A stretch of DNA of 32,000 bases from Phycisphaera mikurensis NBRC 102666 (GCF_000284115.1 NC_017080.1:3570001-3602000); one strand, 5' to 3'. Shown: positions 8,485 to 16,624, counted from the first letter of the stretch. The notes: generated by a model from the sequence alone, not told the origin. Translations and numbers: made by a program.

Positions 8485-9504
8485 ATGTCCGTCACCAAGG
8501 TTGCCGAGCTCGCCGGTGTCTCCCGCATGACCGTCTCGCGTGTCATCAACGACGACCCGCGGGTGAAGCCCGAGACCGCCCGCGGCGTGCGGCTTGCCAT
8601 CGCCGAGCTGGGGTACGTGCCGCCGTCGGCCTCGGACGACGGCCGGCGCAGCCGTTCGGGCTCGGTCGCCGGCCGGCACACCGGGCGCATCGCCGTGCTC
8701 ATCCCCGACACCAGCGCCGACGCGATGCGGACGACGCTGACCGGCCGGCTGCTGCACGGCATCGACGGCCCGGTCGGCCGCAACAAGCTGCAGCTCCTGC
8801 TGACGCGGCTCCCGCGCGAGCGTGCGTTGCCGGCCTCGATCGACCGGCGTCAGGTCGACGGCGTGATCGTCCGCGCCTCCGACTCCGCCTGGGTCCGCCG
8901 GGCGCTAAGGAAGATGCCGGTGGTCTGGGTCTTCGACAGCGACACGCTCGACGACGCCTGCGACTGCGTCGACGCGGACGACGAAGCCATCGGCCGCCTC
9001 GCCGCCGAGCACCTGATCGCGGCGGGACACCGCCGCCTCGCCTCCATCAACGAGATCGCCGGGCACGCCTCCTACGCCCGCCGCCTCCGCGCCTTCGCCG
9101 GGCGCGCCCGCGAGGCGGGCATCGAGGCGCGCGCCGCCGAGGTGCCCGGCCGCGACCAGGCCGCCATCGATCGCCGCGTCGCCGGGCTGCTCCGCCAAAA
9201 GCCCCGCGGCGGCGGCACCGACGGCCTGTTCCTGCCCGGCGTCGGCCCGATGGTGGCGTGCGTGCAGCGAGCCGTTCGCGCCGCCGGCCGCGAACCCGGC
9301 GTCGAAGCCGGCCTGATCGGCTGCGGCCACGACCGCCACGTCATCGAGGCGATGCACCCCCAGCCCGCGAACATCGACATCCAAGCCGAAGCGATCGGTG
9401 CCGCCGCCGCGGAGCTGCTGCTCTGGCGGCTGGCCAACCCCGGCGCGCCCGCCCGACGGCGCGTGATCGCGCCGCGGCTGGTCCCCGGCGCGACCCCGGC
9501 CTGA
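8485..9504 (+). CDS. LacI-family transcriptional regulator
   Basis: 339 aa: MSVTKVAELAGVSRMTVSRVINDDPRVKPETARGVRLAIAELGYVP helix-turn-helix plus a periplasmic-binding-like domain. It starts 12 bp after the symporter stop. Confidence 0.93.
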   Translation: MSVTKVAELAGVSRMTVSRVINDDPRVKPETARGVRLAIAELGYVPPSASDDGRRSRSGSVAGRHTGRIAVLIPDTSADAMRTTLTGRLLHGIDGPVGRNKLQLLLTRLPRERALPASIDRRQVDGVIVRASDSAWVRRALRKMPVVWVFDSDTLDDACDCVDADDEAIGRLAAEHLIAAGHRRLASINEIAGHASYARRLRAFAGRAREAGIEARAAEVPGRDQAAIDRRVAGLLRQKPRGGGTDGLFLPGVGPMVACVQRAVRAAGREPGVEAGLIGCGHDRHVIEAMHPQPANIDIQAEAIGAAAAELLLWRLANPGAPARRRVIAPRLVPGATPA

Positions 9505-9846
9505 AGGAGCCGCGGACCGTGCCGCCGCCCCCCGCACCGGCCTCACGATCCGCGTCTGCGCCCAAAGCGACGACAGCCCCACCGCGTGCGGAAGGCCCCC
9601 GGGCCGCGGGCCGCGGACTGCCGGCCCGGGCCCGCGGAAACGCCTTCCGTCCGCGGATCCGGCGGCGTCGCCCCGGCCTTCCGGGGTTGCGCCTGCGGGC
9701 GCTCGAGGCCGAAGCGGCAGCGGGCGTGGCGGCCGGCAGGGAGGCCGATGGGACGGGGCCGTGGCCCCCTGAAGCGAGCCGACGCGGCCAGCCGCCGCAC
9801 CCGCCAAGCGACATCCCAACGTTCCCAGGCGCCACCTAGTGCCGCG

Positions 9847-10560
9847 TCACGCCGCGATCCGCGGGTAGAGGCTCAGCAGCTTGATCCGGGCGTCATCGGC
9901 GGTGAACTGCCAGTGCACGCCTCGCTGGCTCTGGTTGCGAGCGGCCGCCCAGGCTCGGGCCTCGCGATCGATCTCCTGGATGGTGTCGATCCGTCGGCCG
10001 AGGCATTGCCTTGAGAGCACACTCAGTTCGCACTCGGCGATGTTCAGCCACGAACCGTGGGCCGGCGTGTGCACCAGCTCGATCCGCTCAGCGATCCGCC
10101 GCGCCTCTGCTGCCTCGAATGCTTCGTACAACGACGCGATCCTGTGGGTGTTCAGGTTGTCGCACACCAGGCGGATCCGCGTCGCTGACTCGTAACGCGG
10201 GGCGTCCACCAACGCCTGGATCTGGTGGGCCCAGTCCGCCGCGGTGCGTCGCCGACTGGTCCGAACGTCCCGCCACCCAGCCAACGGCTCGGTGAACATC
10301 CACAGGTTGCAGGTGCCGTGCCGCACGTACTCGTGGTCCTCGATCCGACGGCCGGTGGAGTCGGTGAAGCGGCGGCGGGTCTCGCCGATGAGCTGCTTGG
10401 GCTGCTCGTCCATGCACACCACCGGCAACGCCGGGTCGTAGGCGAGCGCGTACAGGCACAGCACCGCCTCCATGGCCGCGACGAAGGCCGCGGACTGCTC
10501 CGGCGGGATGCACCACATCTTCTTCTTCCACGGCTTCAGACCGTTTTTTGAAGAGCGCAC
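9847..10560 (-). CDS. IS630-family transposase, C-terminal DDE frame (orfB)
   Basis: 237 aa: NGLKPWKKKMWCIPPEQSAAFVAAMEAVLCLY...VVCMDEQPKQLIGETR...VCDNLNTHRIASLYEAF...RIELVHTPAHGSWLNIAECELSVLSRQCLGRR. Confidence 0.85.
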   Translation of the reverse strand: MRSSKNGLKPWKKKMWCIPPEQSAAFVAAMEAVLCLYALAYDPALPVVCMDEQPKQLIGETRRRFTDSTGRRIEDHEYVRHGTCNLWMFTEPLAGWRDVRTSRRRTAADWAHQIQALVDAPRYESATRIRLVCDNLNTHRIASLYEAFEAAEARRIAERIELVHTPAHGSWLNIAECELSVLSRQCLGRRIDTIQEIDREARAWAAARNQSQRGVHWQFTADDARIKLLSLYPRIAA

Positions 10561-11018
10561 CGCACCGCTTCGCGGCTGATCGAGTCCACCACCTTCAGCT
10601 CCACCAGCCGGCCGGCCAGGAGGCGGAGGCTCCAGCGATCATGGCCCTCGGGCGGGTCCGAGCAGGCGATCGTCACCAGCTGAGCTTCGCCTACGCCGTC
10701 GAGCTTGCGTTGCATCGCGCGGTCTTGAGGCTTGCGTTCGAGCAACGAGAGCGGACCGTCCTCGACAGCCTTCTTCCGCCAGCCCTCCACAGTGCGGACA
10801 CCCGCGTCGAAAGCCTCGGCGATCTGCTCGTCGGTCCAGGCCGGAGCGCCGGGCGATTCGTCGCACTTGAGCAGGGCTTGCGCCCGCTGGATCTTCCAGC
10901 CGGCAACGCGGCCGCTGCGGACCAGCGTGGTCAGCTGCTCCCGCTCGTCGTCGGTGAGGTGGACGTGGTAGAGCTTCCGATTCTTGAGCTTCGTGGCCAT
11001 CCTTGGCCTCCTTTGCAT
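10536..11018 (-). CDS. IS630-family transposase, N-terminal frame (orfA); likely start ATG 11000 after AAGGAGG
   Basis: 160 aa helix-turn-helix protein: LYHVHLTDDEREQLTTLVRSGRVAGWKIQRAQALLKCDE...WTDEQIAEAFDAGVRTVEGWRKKAVEDG...RWSLRLLAGRLVEL...SREAVRCALQKTV. Confidence 0.85.
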   Translation of the reverse strand: MQRRPRMATKLKNRKLYHVHLTDDEREQLTTLVRSGRVAGWKIQRAQALLKCDESPGAPAWTDEQIAEAFDAGVRTVEGWRKKAVEDGPLSLLERKPQDRAMQRKLDGVGEAQLVTIACSDPPEGHDRWSLRLLAGRLVELKVVDSISREAVRCALQKTV

Positions 11019-11084
11019 TCGGTGGTGAACACGTGCACGGTGACGCTACACGCCTCACCCGCAGATCGGCGGCAGCCGCGGCAC

Positions 11085-11090
11085 TAGCCT
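11085..11090 (+). promoter_or_regulatory. Putative leaderless -10 box TAGCCT of egtD (N5 to GTG)
   Basis: TAGCCT-ccggc-GTG(11096). Confidence 0.5.
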
Positions 11091-11095
11091 CCGGC

Positions 11096-12082
11096 GTGAC
11101 CGCCTGCTCCCCCGCGACCGCCCGCCAGATTGCCCCCGCGGGGAGCGCACTGCTCCGCGATGCGGTGGAGGGGTTGACGGGTCCCGGGCAGAAGACGCTG
11201 CCCTGCAAGCACCTCTACGACGCCCGGGGCGTCGAGCTCTTCGAGCGGATCACCGCGCTGCCGGAGTACTACCCGACCCGGACCGAGCTGGCGATCCTCC
11301 GCGAGAACCTCCCGCGGATCGCGGCGGAGCTGGGGCCGGGGGTCCGCCTGGTGGAGCCCGGTTCGGGCAGCTCCACCAAGACGCGGGAGCTGCTCGCGGC
11401 GCTTGGGGACCCGTCGGAGTACGTGCCCATCGACATCGCGCCCGAGTTCCTCGCCGCCGGCAAGGCATCGCTCGCCCGGGCGCTGCCGGGGCTGCGGGTG
11501 ACGCCGGTGCGGGCCGACTTCACCGCCCCGCTTTCGCTGCCCCCAGCGCCCGGGGGGGCACACCGCACGGTCGTGTTCTTCCCCGGCTCGACGCTGGGCA
11601 ACTTCGGACCGGCGGAAGCGAAACGGCTCGTCGACCACCTCGCGGAGCTCGCCGGCGTCGGCGGCGGCGGCGCGCTGCTGATCGGCCTCGATCGGATCAA
11701 GCCCCCCGCCGAGCTGCTGCCCGCCTACGACGACGACGCCGGGGTGACCGCCGCTTTCAACCTGAACCTGCTGCACCGGCTTAACCGGGAGGCGGGCCGG
11801 ACCGTGCTCGCCCCCGGCTGCTTCCGCCACGAGGCGCGCTGGAACGCCGCGGCGGCGGCCGTGGAGATGCACCTGGTCGCGGAGCATCCGCTCGAAGCCG
11901 AGCTGGGCGGTCGGCCCATCCATTTCGACGCCGGCGAGTCGATCCACACCGAGAGCAGCCACAAGTTCGGCGACGCCGCGATTGGGCGGCTCTTCGCGGG
12001 CTGGCGGGTGCAAGCTTTCGAGGACGCAAGCCGCCGCTTCGGGCTCTATCTCGTGACGGCGGGGCGTTCCGCGGCGTCGTAG
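11096..12082 (+). CDS. egtD: L-histidine N(alpha)-methyltransferase EgtD
   Basis: KTLPCKHLYDARGVELFERITALPEYYPTRTELAIL, LVEPGSGSSTKTRELL, YVPIDIAPEFL, VVFFPGSTLGNF and IGLDRIKPPAELLPAYDDDAGVTAAFNLNLLHRLNREAG. The start is assigned to GTG 11096. The track ORF from 11003 begins inside the IS630 element. Confidence 0.95.
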   Translation: MTACSPATARQIAPAGSALLRDAVEGLTGPGQKTLPCKHLYDARGVELFERITALPEYYPTRTELAILRENLPRIAAELGPGVRLVEPGSGSSTKTRELLAALGDPSEYVPIDIAPEFLAAGKASLARALPGLRVTPVRADFTAPLSLPPAPGGAHRTVVFFPGSTLGNFGPAEAKRLVDHLAELAGVGGGGALLIGLDRIKPPAELLPAYDDDAGVTAAFNLNLLHRLNREAGRTVLAPGCFRHEARWNAAAAAVEMHLVAEHPLEAELGGRPIHFDAGESIHTESSHKFGDAAIGRLFAGWRVQAFEDASRRFGLYLVTAGRSAAS

Positions 12083-12085
12083 CTT
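12080..12085 (+). promoter_or_regulatory. Putative leaderless -10 box TAGCTT of the M14-like gene (N6 to ATG), overlapping the egtD stop
   Basis: TAGCTT-ggccgc-ATG(12092). Confidence 0.5.
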
Positions 12086-12091
12086 GGCCGC

Positions 12092-13183
12092 ATGAGCGCC
12101 TACTCCTTCGCCGGCCACAAGATCCCCCCGGGCCGGACGGTCGACCTCCGCCTCCCCATCTCCGAGCGGTACACCGGCGACGCGATCCACCTGCCGGTCC
12201 GCGTGATCCGCGGGAAGAAGCCCGGGCCGAAGGTGTTCGTCACCGCCGCGGTGCACGGCGAGGAGCTCAACGGGATGGGCGTCGTCCACGACCTCATGTA
12301 CGGCGAGCCCCTGGCGCTCGGGCGCGGCACGCTGGCGCTGCTGCCGGTGGTGAACATCTTCGGGGTCGAGACCCAGTCGCGCTACATGCCCGACCGCCGC
12401 GACCTCAACCGGTGCTTCCCGGGCGTGGCCAGCGGGTCGCTGACCAGCCGCGTCGCCCGCACCGTCTTCGACGCCCTGTGCGGCTTCGACTTCGGCATCG
12501 ACCTGCACACCGCGGCGGCCCTGCGGACCAACTTCCCCAACGTCCGCGGCGACTTCAGCCAGGCGCCGATCCGCCGGCTCGCCAGGGCCTTCGGCTGCGA
12601 GCTGATGGTCAACGGCAAGGGACCCGACGGGGCGTTCCGCCGCGAGATGGTCCGGGCGGGCTGCCCGACCGTGGTGGTCGAGGCGGGCGAGCCGCTGAAG
12701 ATCGAGCCCGGCGTGCTGGAGGTCGGGCTGCGGGGCGTGCGGAACGTGCTCAAGGAGCTGGACATGCTCGCTGGCGAGCCGGAGCTGCCCGGCTTCCAGG
12801 TCCGGATCGACAAGACCGCCTGGGTCCGGGCGACGGTCGGGGGGATCCTGCGGTTCCACGTCACCCCGGGCCAGGCGGTCGACGCCGGCCAGCCGATCGC
12901 GACCAACGCGAGCGTCTTCGGCGAGGCGAACAACGTGCTGGAGGCGCCGGTCGATGGCGTGGTGCTGGGCATGACGACGCTGCCGCTGGTCAAGCCCGGG
13001 GAGCCGGTGGTGCACCTGGCGACCCTGTCGGGGCGGCAGCTGTCGCGGCTGCGTCAGTCGCGCCGCGAGGGCGGCGACGACACCGGCAAGAAGGTGCGAC
13101 GCCAGCTCGCGACCAACATCACCGTGGCGGACGTGGACACGGCCGAGCGCGAGGTGAACCCGCCGACGCCCGACGAGGCCTGA
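12092..13183 (+). CDS. M14-like succinylglutamate desuccinylase/aspartoacylase-family protein
   Basis: 363 aa: GPKVFVTAAVHGEELNGMGVVHDL, MPDRRDLNRCFPG, FGIDLHTAA, VVVEAGEPLKI and a C-terminal HVTPGQAVDAGQPIA...APVDGVVLG beta domain. Confidence 0.85.
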   Translation: MSAYSFAGHKIPPGRTVDLRLPISERYTGDAIHLPVRVIRGKKPGPKVFVTAAVHGEELNGMGVVHDLMYGEPLALGRGTLALLPVVNIFGVETQSRYMPDRRDLNRCFPGVASGSLTSRVARTVFDALCGFDFGIDLHTAAALRTNFPNVRGDFSQAPIRRLARAFGCELMVNGKGPDGAFRREMVRAGCPTVVVEAGEPLKIEPGVLEVGLRGVRNVLKELDMLAGEPELPGFQVRIDKTAWVRATVGGILRFHVTPGQAVDAGQPIATNASVFGEANNVLEAPVDGVVLGMTTLPLVKPGEPVVHLATLSGRQLSRLRQSRREGGDDTGKKVRRQLATNITVADVDTAEREVNPPTPDEA

Positions 13184-13266
13184 AGCCCGGGTCGCCGGAC
13201 GGAGCGAGCGGGCCTGTTCAGCGTCCCACGCCGCGGCCTGCCGAAGCTCCCCGCGCCGCGCAGCAC

Positions 13267-13296
13267 GACGCCCGCGGCTGCCAAGCCGCGGGCGTC
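13267..13296. terminator. Strong hairpin between convergent genes, candidate bidirectional terminator
   Basis: GACGCCCGCGGCT-GCCA-AGCCGCGGGCGTC is a 13-bp perfect stem with a 4-nt loop. No long T tract follows. Confidence 0.5.
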
Positions 13297-13319
13297 GAGG
13301 AGGGTGCGGGTCCGCGGGC

Positions 13320-14099
13320 TCAGGCCGCGGCGTGGCGGCGGCGACGCAGCACGCCGCCGGCGAGCAGGGCCAGGCCGCCCAGGGCCGCCGAGGGCGTCGG
13401 CACCGCGTTGGCCGTCACCTGGGCGATCACCGCCGAGCCGCCCAGCGAGATCCGAACCTCGTCGAAGCTGGCCACGCCCAGCTGCGCCGCGGTGATCGGG
13501 GCGATCTGGTTGGCCGAGCGGTCGCCGAAGGCGATCGTGGCGTCGAACACGCCCGAGCCGTCGTCGGTGACGAAGCTGGCGAAGTCGAAGGAGCCCACGT
13601 CCACGCCGTCGCTGAGGAAGTCGATGAAGAAGCCGGTGTTGGTCTCGAACTCCTCGGGGCCCTCCACGTCGACGATCGTGAAACCGAAGCTGTCCAGGGG
13701 GGTGGCGAACTCCAGGTTGATCGTGCCGGCGGGACGACGCTTCTCCAGCGGGGTCTCGATCGGCGTGGGCAGCACGCCGAAGCCGGTGAGCACGCCCTCG
13801 GGGCCGCGGAGCGCCAGGCCCTGGCCGAGGTCGCGGCCGGTGGCGTTGCCCGAGGTGAAGGGGGCCTGCTGGCCGGCGAAGTCGAACTGCGGGTAGCCGT
13901 TGAAGTCCCAGGCGAAGACCTCTTCGGGCGAGTCGGCGTAGGGGCTGGAGGCCGAGACGCTCAGGCCGTCGATCTGGTTGGTGACGGTGGTGCCGGTGGC
14001 GATGCCGTTGAAGTCGATGACCGTGGCGGCGGAGGCCCCGGCGGAGATCGCGGCGGTGGCGGCGGCGGCGGTGAGGAGCTTGGCGGTGGGAGCGTTCAT
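13320..14099 (-). CDS. Secreted protein with PEP-CTERM-like C-terminal anchor
   Basis: 259 aa: N-terminal signal peptide (LLTAAAATAAISAGASA) and C-terminal VPTPSAALGGLALLAGGVLRRRRHAAA, i.e. a short motif, a hydrophobic helix and an Arg cluster. Confidence 0.7.
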   Translation of the reverse strand: MNAPTAKLLTAAAATAAISAGASAATVIDFNGIATGTTVTNQIDGLSVSASSPYADSPEEVFAWDFNGYPQFDFAGQQAPFTSGNATGRDLGQGLALRGPEGVLTGFGVLPTPIETPLEKRRPAGTINLEFATPLDSFGFTIVDVEGPEEFETNTGFFIDFLSDGVDVGSFDFASFVTDDGSGVFDATIAFGDRSANQIAPITAAQLGVASFDEVRISLGGSAVIAQVTANAVPTPSAALGGLALLAGGVLRRRRHAAA

Positions 14100-14297
14100 G
14101 GGGAGAAGCCTCGGGCTTGGGGGCGGCGACGGGGACGCGACGCCGCGTTCCTCGTGGGGAAGAGCCTGAGGCGTCCCGCGCGGCGGGCCAGCCGCCGAGG
14201 CGGGAAATCTCGCGGGCGGGGCCCGTCCGCCGCCTTCTGTGCCGCCCGCGCGGGACGTGGCGATCGTGACGCCCCCGCCCCGGGCTCCACCCCGGGA

Positions 14298-15089
14298 TCA
14301 AGCCCCGGCGAGGACGTCCTGCAGCTCCGCCACACGGCGGACGGTCCGGTCGGGGGTGATGCCCGACCGCGGGCCCGCCTCCGGCAGGCCCTCCCCTCGC
14401 CAGTCGACCCAGACGCCCACGAGTCCCAGCTCCTGCGCGGCCCGAACCTCCCAGCCGAGGTGGTCCCCGACGCACCACGCCCCGGCGGGGTCGACGCCGC
14501 CGCAGGCCCGCAGCGCCGCCGCGAAGACCCGCGGGTCGGGCTTGCCGTAACCCAGCTCGCCCTCGATGAAAACGCCCTCGAAAAGCGGAGCGAGCCCGAA
14601 GCGCGTGACCTTCTCCCGCTGGGCCGCCGCGTCGCCGTTGGTGATCAGCGCCAGCTTGATGCCGGCGGCCCGGAAGGCCCGCAGCGTGCCGAGGGCCCCG
14701 GGGAAGAAGCGCATCGACCGCACCCGGTGGGCGGCGTAGTGCCCGGCGAAGCGTTCCGCCAGGCCACGGGCGTTCCCGCCGTCGTGGCCGAGCTCGCGGA
14801 GGCCCCGCAGCGTCACCTCCACCCGCGACCGCTGCACGTCCAGCCGGCCCAGGCGGTTGCGCTCGGGGTCCGACCAGTACCAGCGGCGGGCGGCGTCGAG
14901 CACGGGCCCGAACTCCGCGACCGGCCGGCCGATCTCGCCGGCGAATGCCTCGGCGGTCTGCCGCCAGACGCGGGTGGCGGAGTCGCTGGTGTCCAGCAGC
15001 GTGTCGTCGAGGTCGAATAGCACGGCCCGCGGGCGTTGGAGGACCGGCTTTTCCGGTGCAACTGCTCGCGGCGGGCGGGGGCGGTCCAC
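14298..15089 (-). CDS. HAD-superfamily hydrolase
   Basis: RAVLFDLDDTLLDTSDSATRVW (motif I), IKLALITNGDAAAQREKVTRFGLAPLFEGVFIEGELGYGKPDPRVF and CVGDHLGWEVRAAQELGLVGVWVDW. Confidence 0.9.
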   Translation of the reverse strand: MDRPRPPRAVAPEKPVLQRPRAVLFDLDDTLLDTSDSATRVWRQTAEAFAGEIGRPVAEFGPVLDAARRWYWSDPERNRLGRLDVQRSRVEVTLRGLRELGHDGGNARGLAERFAGHYAAHRVRSMRFFPGALGTLRAFRAAGIKLALITNGDAAAQREKVTRFGLAPLFEGVFIEGELGYGKPDPRVFAAALRACGGVDPAGAWCVGDHLGWEVRAAQELGLVGVWVDWRGEGLPEAGPRSGITPDRTVRRVAELQDVLAGA

Positions 15090-15095
15090 GCCCGC

Positions 15096-15101
15096 ACGCT
15101 A
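15096..15101 (-). promoter_or_regulatory. Putative leaderless -10 box TAGCGT of the HAD gene (N6 to GTG)
   Basis: The minus strand reads TAGCGT-gcgggc-GTG(15089). Confidence 0.55.
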
Positions 15102-15142
15102 CCGGTTCAAGGGCCCGGGCCCGCGGCCCGATCCCGTGGGGC

Positions 15143-16624
15143 ATGGCCCAATCCCCTCCGCCGGACGCGCCCGAACCCGAACCCGCCGCGGGGGAGGCCC
15201 GGGCGGCTCTAGCGCAGGTGCGGGCCGAGCGCGACGCCTTGCAGGATCGCTGCGACCGGCTGCAGGCGGCGCTGGACGCCGCTTGCGACGGCGTCTGGGA
15301 CGCCGACCTGGTCAGCGGCCGCGTCCGCTTCTCCGCCGGCTGGGGGCGGATGCTGGGCTTCGAGCCCGGGGAGCTGGAGCCCACGGTGTCGCAGGTGATG
15401 GCGCTCACGCACCCCGACGACCGCGACCGCGTCGAACGCACCTTCCACCACCACCTCGCGGCGGCCAACGACGCCGGCTACCGGCTCGCTTTCCGGCTGG
15501 TGCACCGCAGGGGCCACCCGGTCGAGGTGGTCTCCCGCGGGCGGGCGCTGCGTGACGCGGCGGGGCGGCCGGTCCGCTTCATCGGCACCCACGCCGACGT
15601 CACGCAGGCGGTCCGCGAGGCGGAGGCGCTGCGGGCGGACCGTGCCGCCGCCGAGGCGGCCCGCCGCGCCGCGGAGCGCGTCGCCGCGCAGGTCGTCGGC
15701 GAAGCCCGCGGAGCGCTCGACCGCCTGGACGCCGCGGACGGCGGGGCGGACGGGAGGCGAACGCCCGCGGTCCGCGACGCCCTGGCGGGAGCCGCCGCGA
15801 CGCTCGACGACGCCGAAACGCTCTTGAAGCTCCGCACCCGGCCGCCGCGGCCGCGGCGGGCCGCGTTGGACCTCGACGAGCTGATGGCGGAGGTGGAGGC
15901 CGACGCTGCGGCGCGTGCCGGGGCCGGGGGCGCGGCGGTGACCTGCCGCCGGCTCGGCGGCGCGGCCGGATGCTGCGTCAGCGACCGCGGGCTGCTCGCG
16001 GAGGCGCTCGGTCGGCTGATCCGGCACGCGATCCAGACGCGGCCCGGGGCCGCGGTTCATCTCGTCGCGGAGCCGGGCGAGGCCCGCGGCACCGACCACC
16101 GCGAGGAGGCGATCGCGTTCCGCGTGACCGGCGGCGCCGGCGGCGACGGCGGCCTGCACCTGGCGCTCGCGGAGCGGCTGATCACGCTGCTCGGCGGGAC
16201 GCTGCGGCACCGCGAAGAGCCCGAGACCGGCCCCGCCGGCGACGCCCGGCCCGCCGGCTGGAGCCACGGCTTCACCCTCCGGTTCCCGGCCGCCGCCGCC
16301 ACCCCCGCTCCGTCCGGGAGCTCCAGGCAGCGCGGGCCTGCCGACGGGCAGGCCGCCGCCGAAGCCGCCGCGGGCTTCGCCGCCGAGGCCGCCTGGGAGG
16401 CCGCCGCCCGGGTCGCGGTTGCCACCGAGGCGGTGGCGCCCGATCCGCCCGGGCCGCATCCGCCCAGCCCGGCGGCGCTCGTCGAGCGGGAGGTGCTCGC
16501 GCTGCACGCGGCCGGCGAGCTCTCCGCGGCGGCCCACCGGATCGAGCACGCCCGACGCAGCGCCGAGTCGGCGCTCCACGCGGCGGCGGCGACCCGGGCA
16601 CGCCCCGCCGAGCGGCCGGGCTGA
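15143..16624 (+). CDS. PAS-domain protein with degenerate histidine-kinase-like C-terminal region
   Basis: PAS/PAC: ACDGVWDADLVSGRVRFSAGWGRMLGFEPGELEPTVSQVMALTHPDDRDRVERTFHHHL...GHPVEVVSRGRALRDAAGRPVRFIGTHADVTQ. HATPase-like remnants follow (LLAEALGRLIRHAIQTRPG; GLHLALAERLITLLGGTLRHREE). The start is uncertain. Confidence 0.7.
   Translation: MAQSPPPDAPEPEPAAGEARAALAQVRAERDALQDRCDRLQAALDAACDGVWDADLVSGRVRFSAGWGRMLGFEPGELEPTVSQVMALTHPDDRDRVERTFHHHLAAANDAGYRLAFRLVHRRGHPVEVVSRGRALRDAAGRPVRFIGTHADVTQAVREAEALRADRAAAEAARRAAERVAAQVVGEARGALDRLDAADGGADGRRTPAVRDALAGAAATLDDAETLLKLRTRPPRPRRAALDLDELMAEVEADAAARAGAGGAAVTCRRLGGAAGCCVSDRGLLAEALGRLIRHAIQTRPGAAVHLVAEPGEARGTDHREEAIAFRVTGGAGGDGGLHLALAERLITLLGGTLRHREEPETGPAGDARPAGWSHGFTLRFPAAAATPAPSGSSRQRGPADGQAAAEAAAGFAAEAAWEAAARVAVATEAVAPDPPGPHPPSPAALVEREVLALHAAGELSAAAHRIEHARRSAESALHAAAATRARPAERPG

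Larger units (their letters stand above)
9837..11048 (-). mobile_element. IS630-family insertion sequence (about 1.2 kb; ends approximate)
   Basis: Two overlapping transposase frames are flanked by TA dinucleotides, with partly matching ends (TAGTGCCGCGTCACG left; TAGCGTCACCGTGCACG as reverse complement of the right end). Confidence 0.65.

Noticed and set aside
5863-8757. 964-aa minus-strand ORF opposite the Kelch-symporter gene
   Set aside because: Antisense shadow ORF with no recognisable domain; the opposite strand encodes a clear SSS transporter.
9505-9836. Very GC-rich gap with several small ORFs and imperfect palindromes
   Set aside because: No ORF shows a family signature, and the inverted repeats are too imperfect and composition-driven to call.
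6129-9839. 1236-aa plus-strand ORF overlapping symporter and LacI genes in another frame
   Set aside because: An Arg/Pro-rich frame-shifted translation of genuine genes; open only because of GC bias.
11003-11095. N-terminal extension of EgtD (MASFAFGGEHVHGDATRL...)
   Set aside because: This part is mostly encoded by the IS630 end. The shared GTG leader with egtB and the -10 box support a start at 11096.
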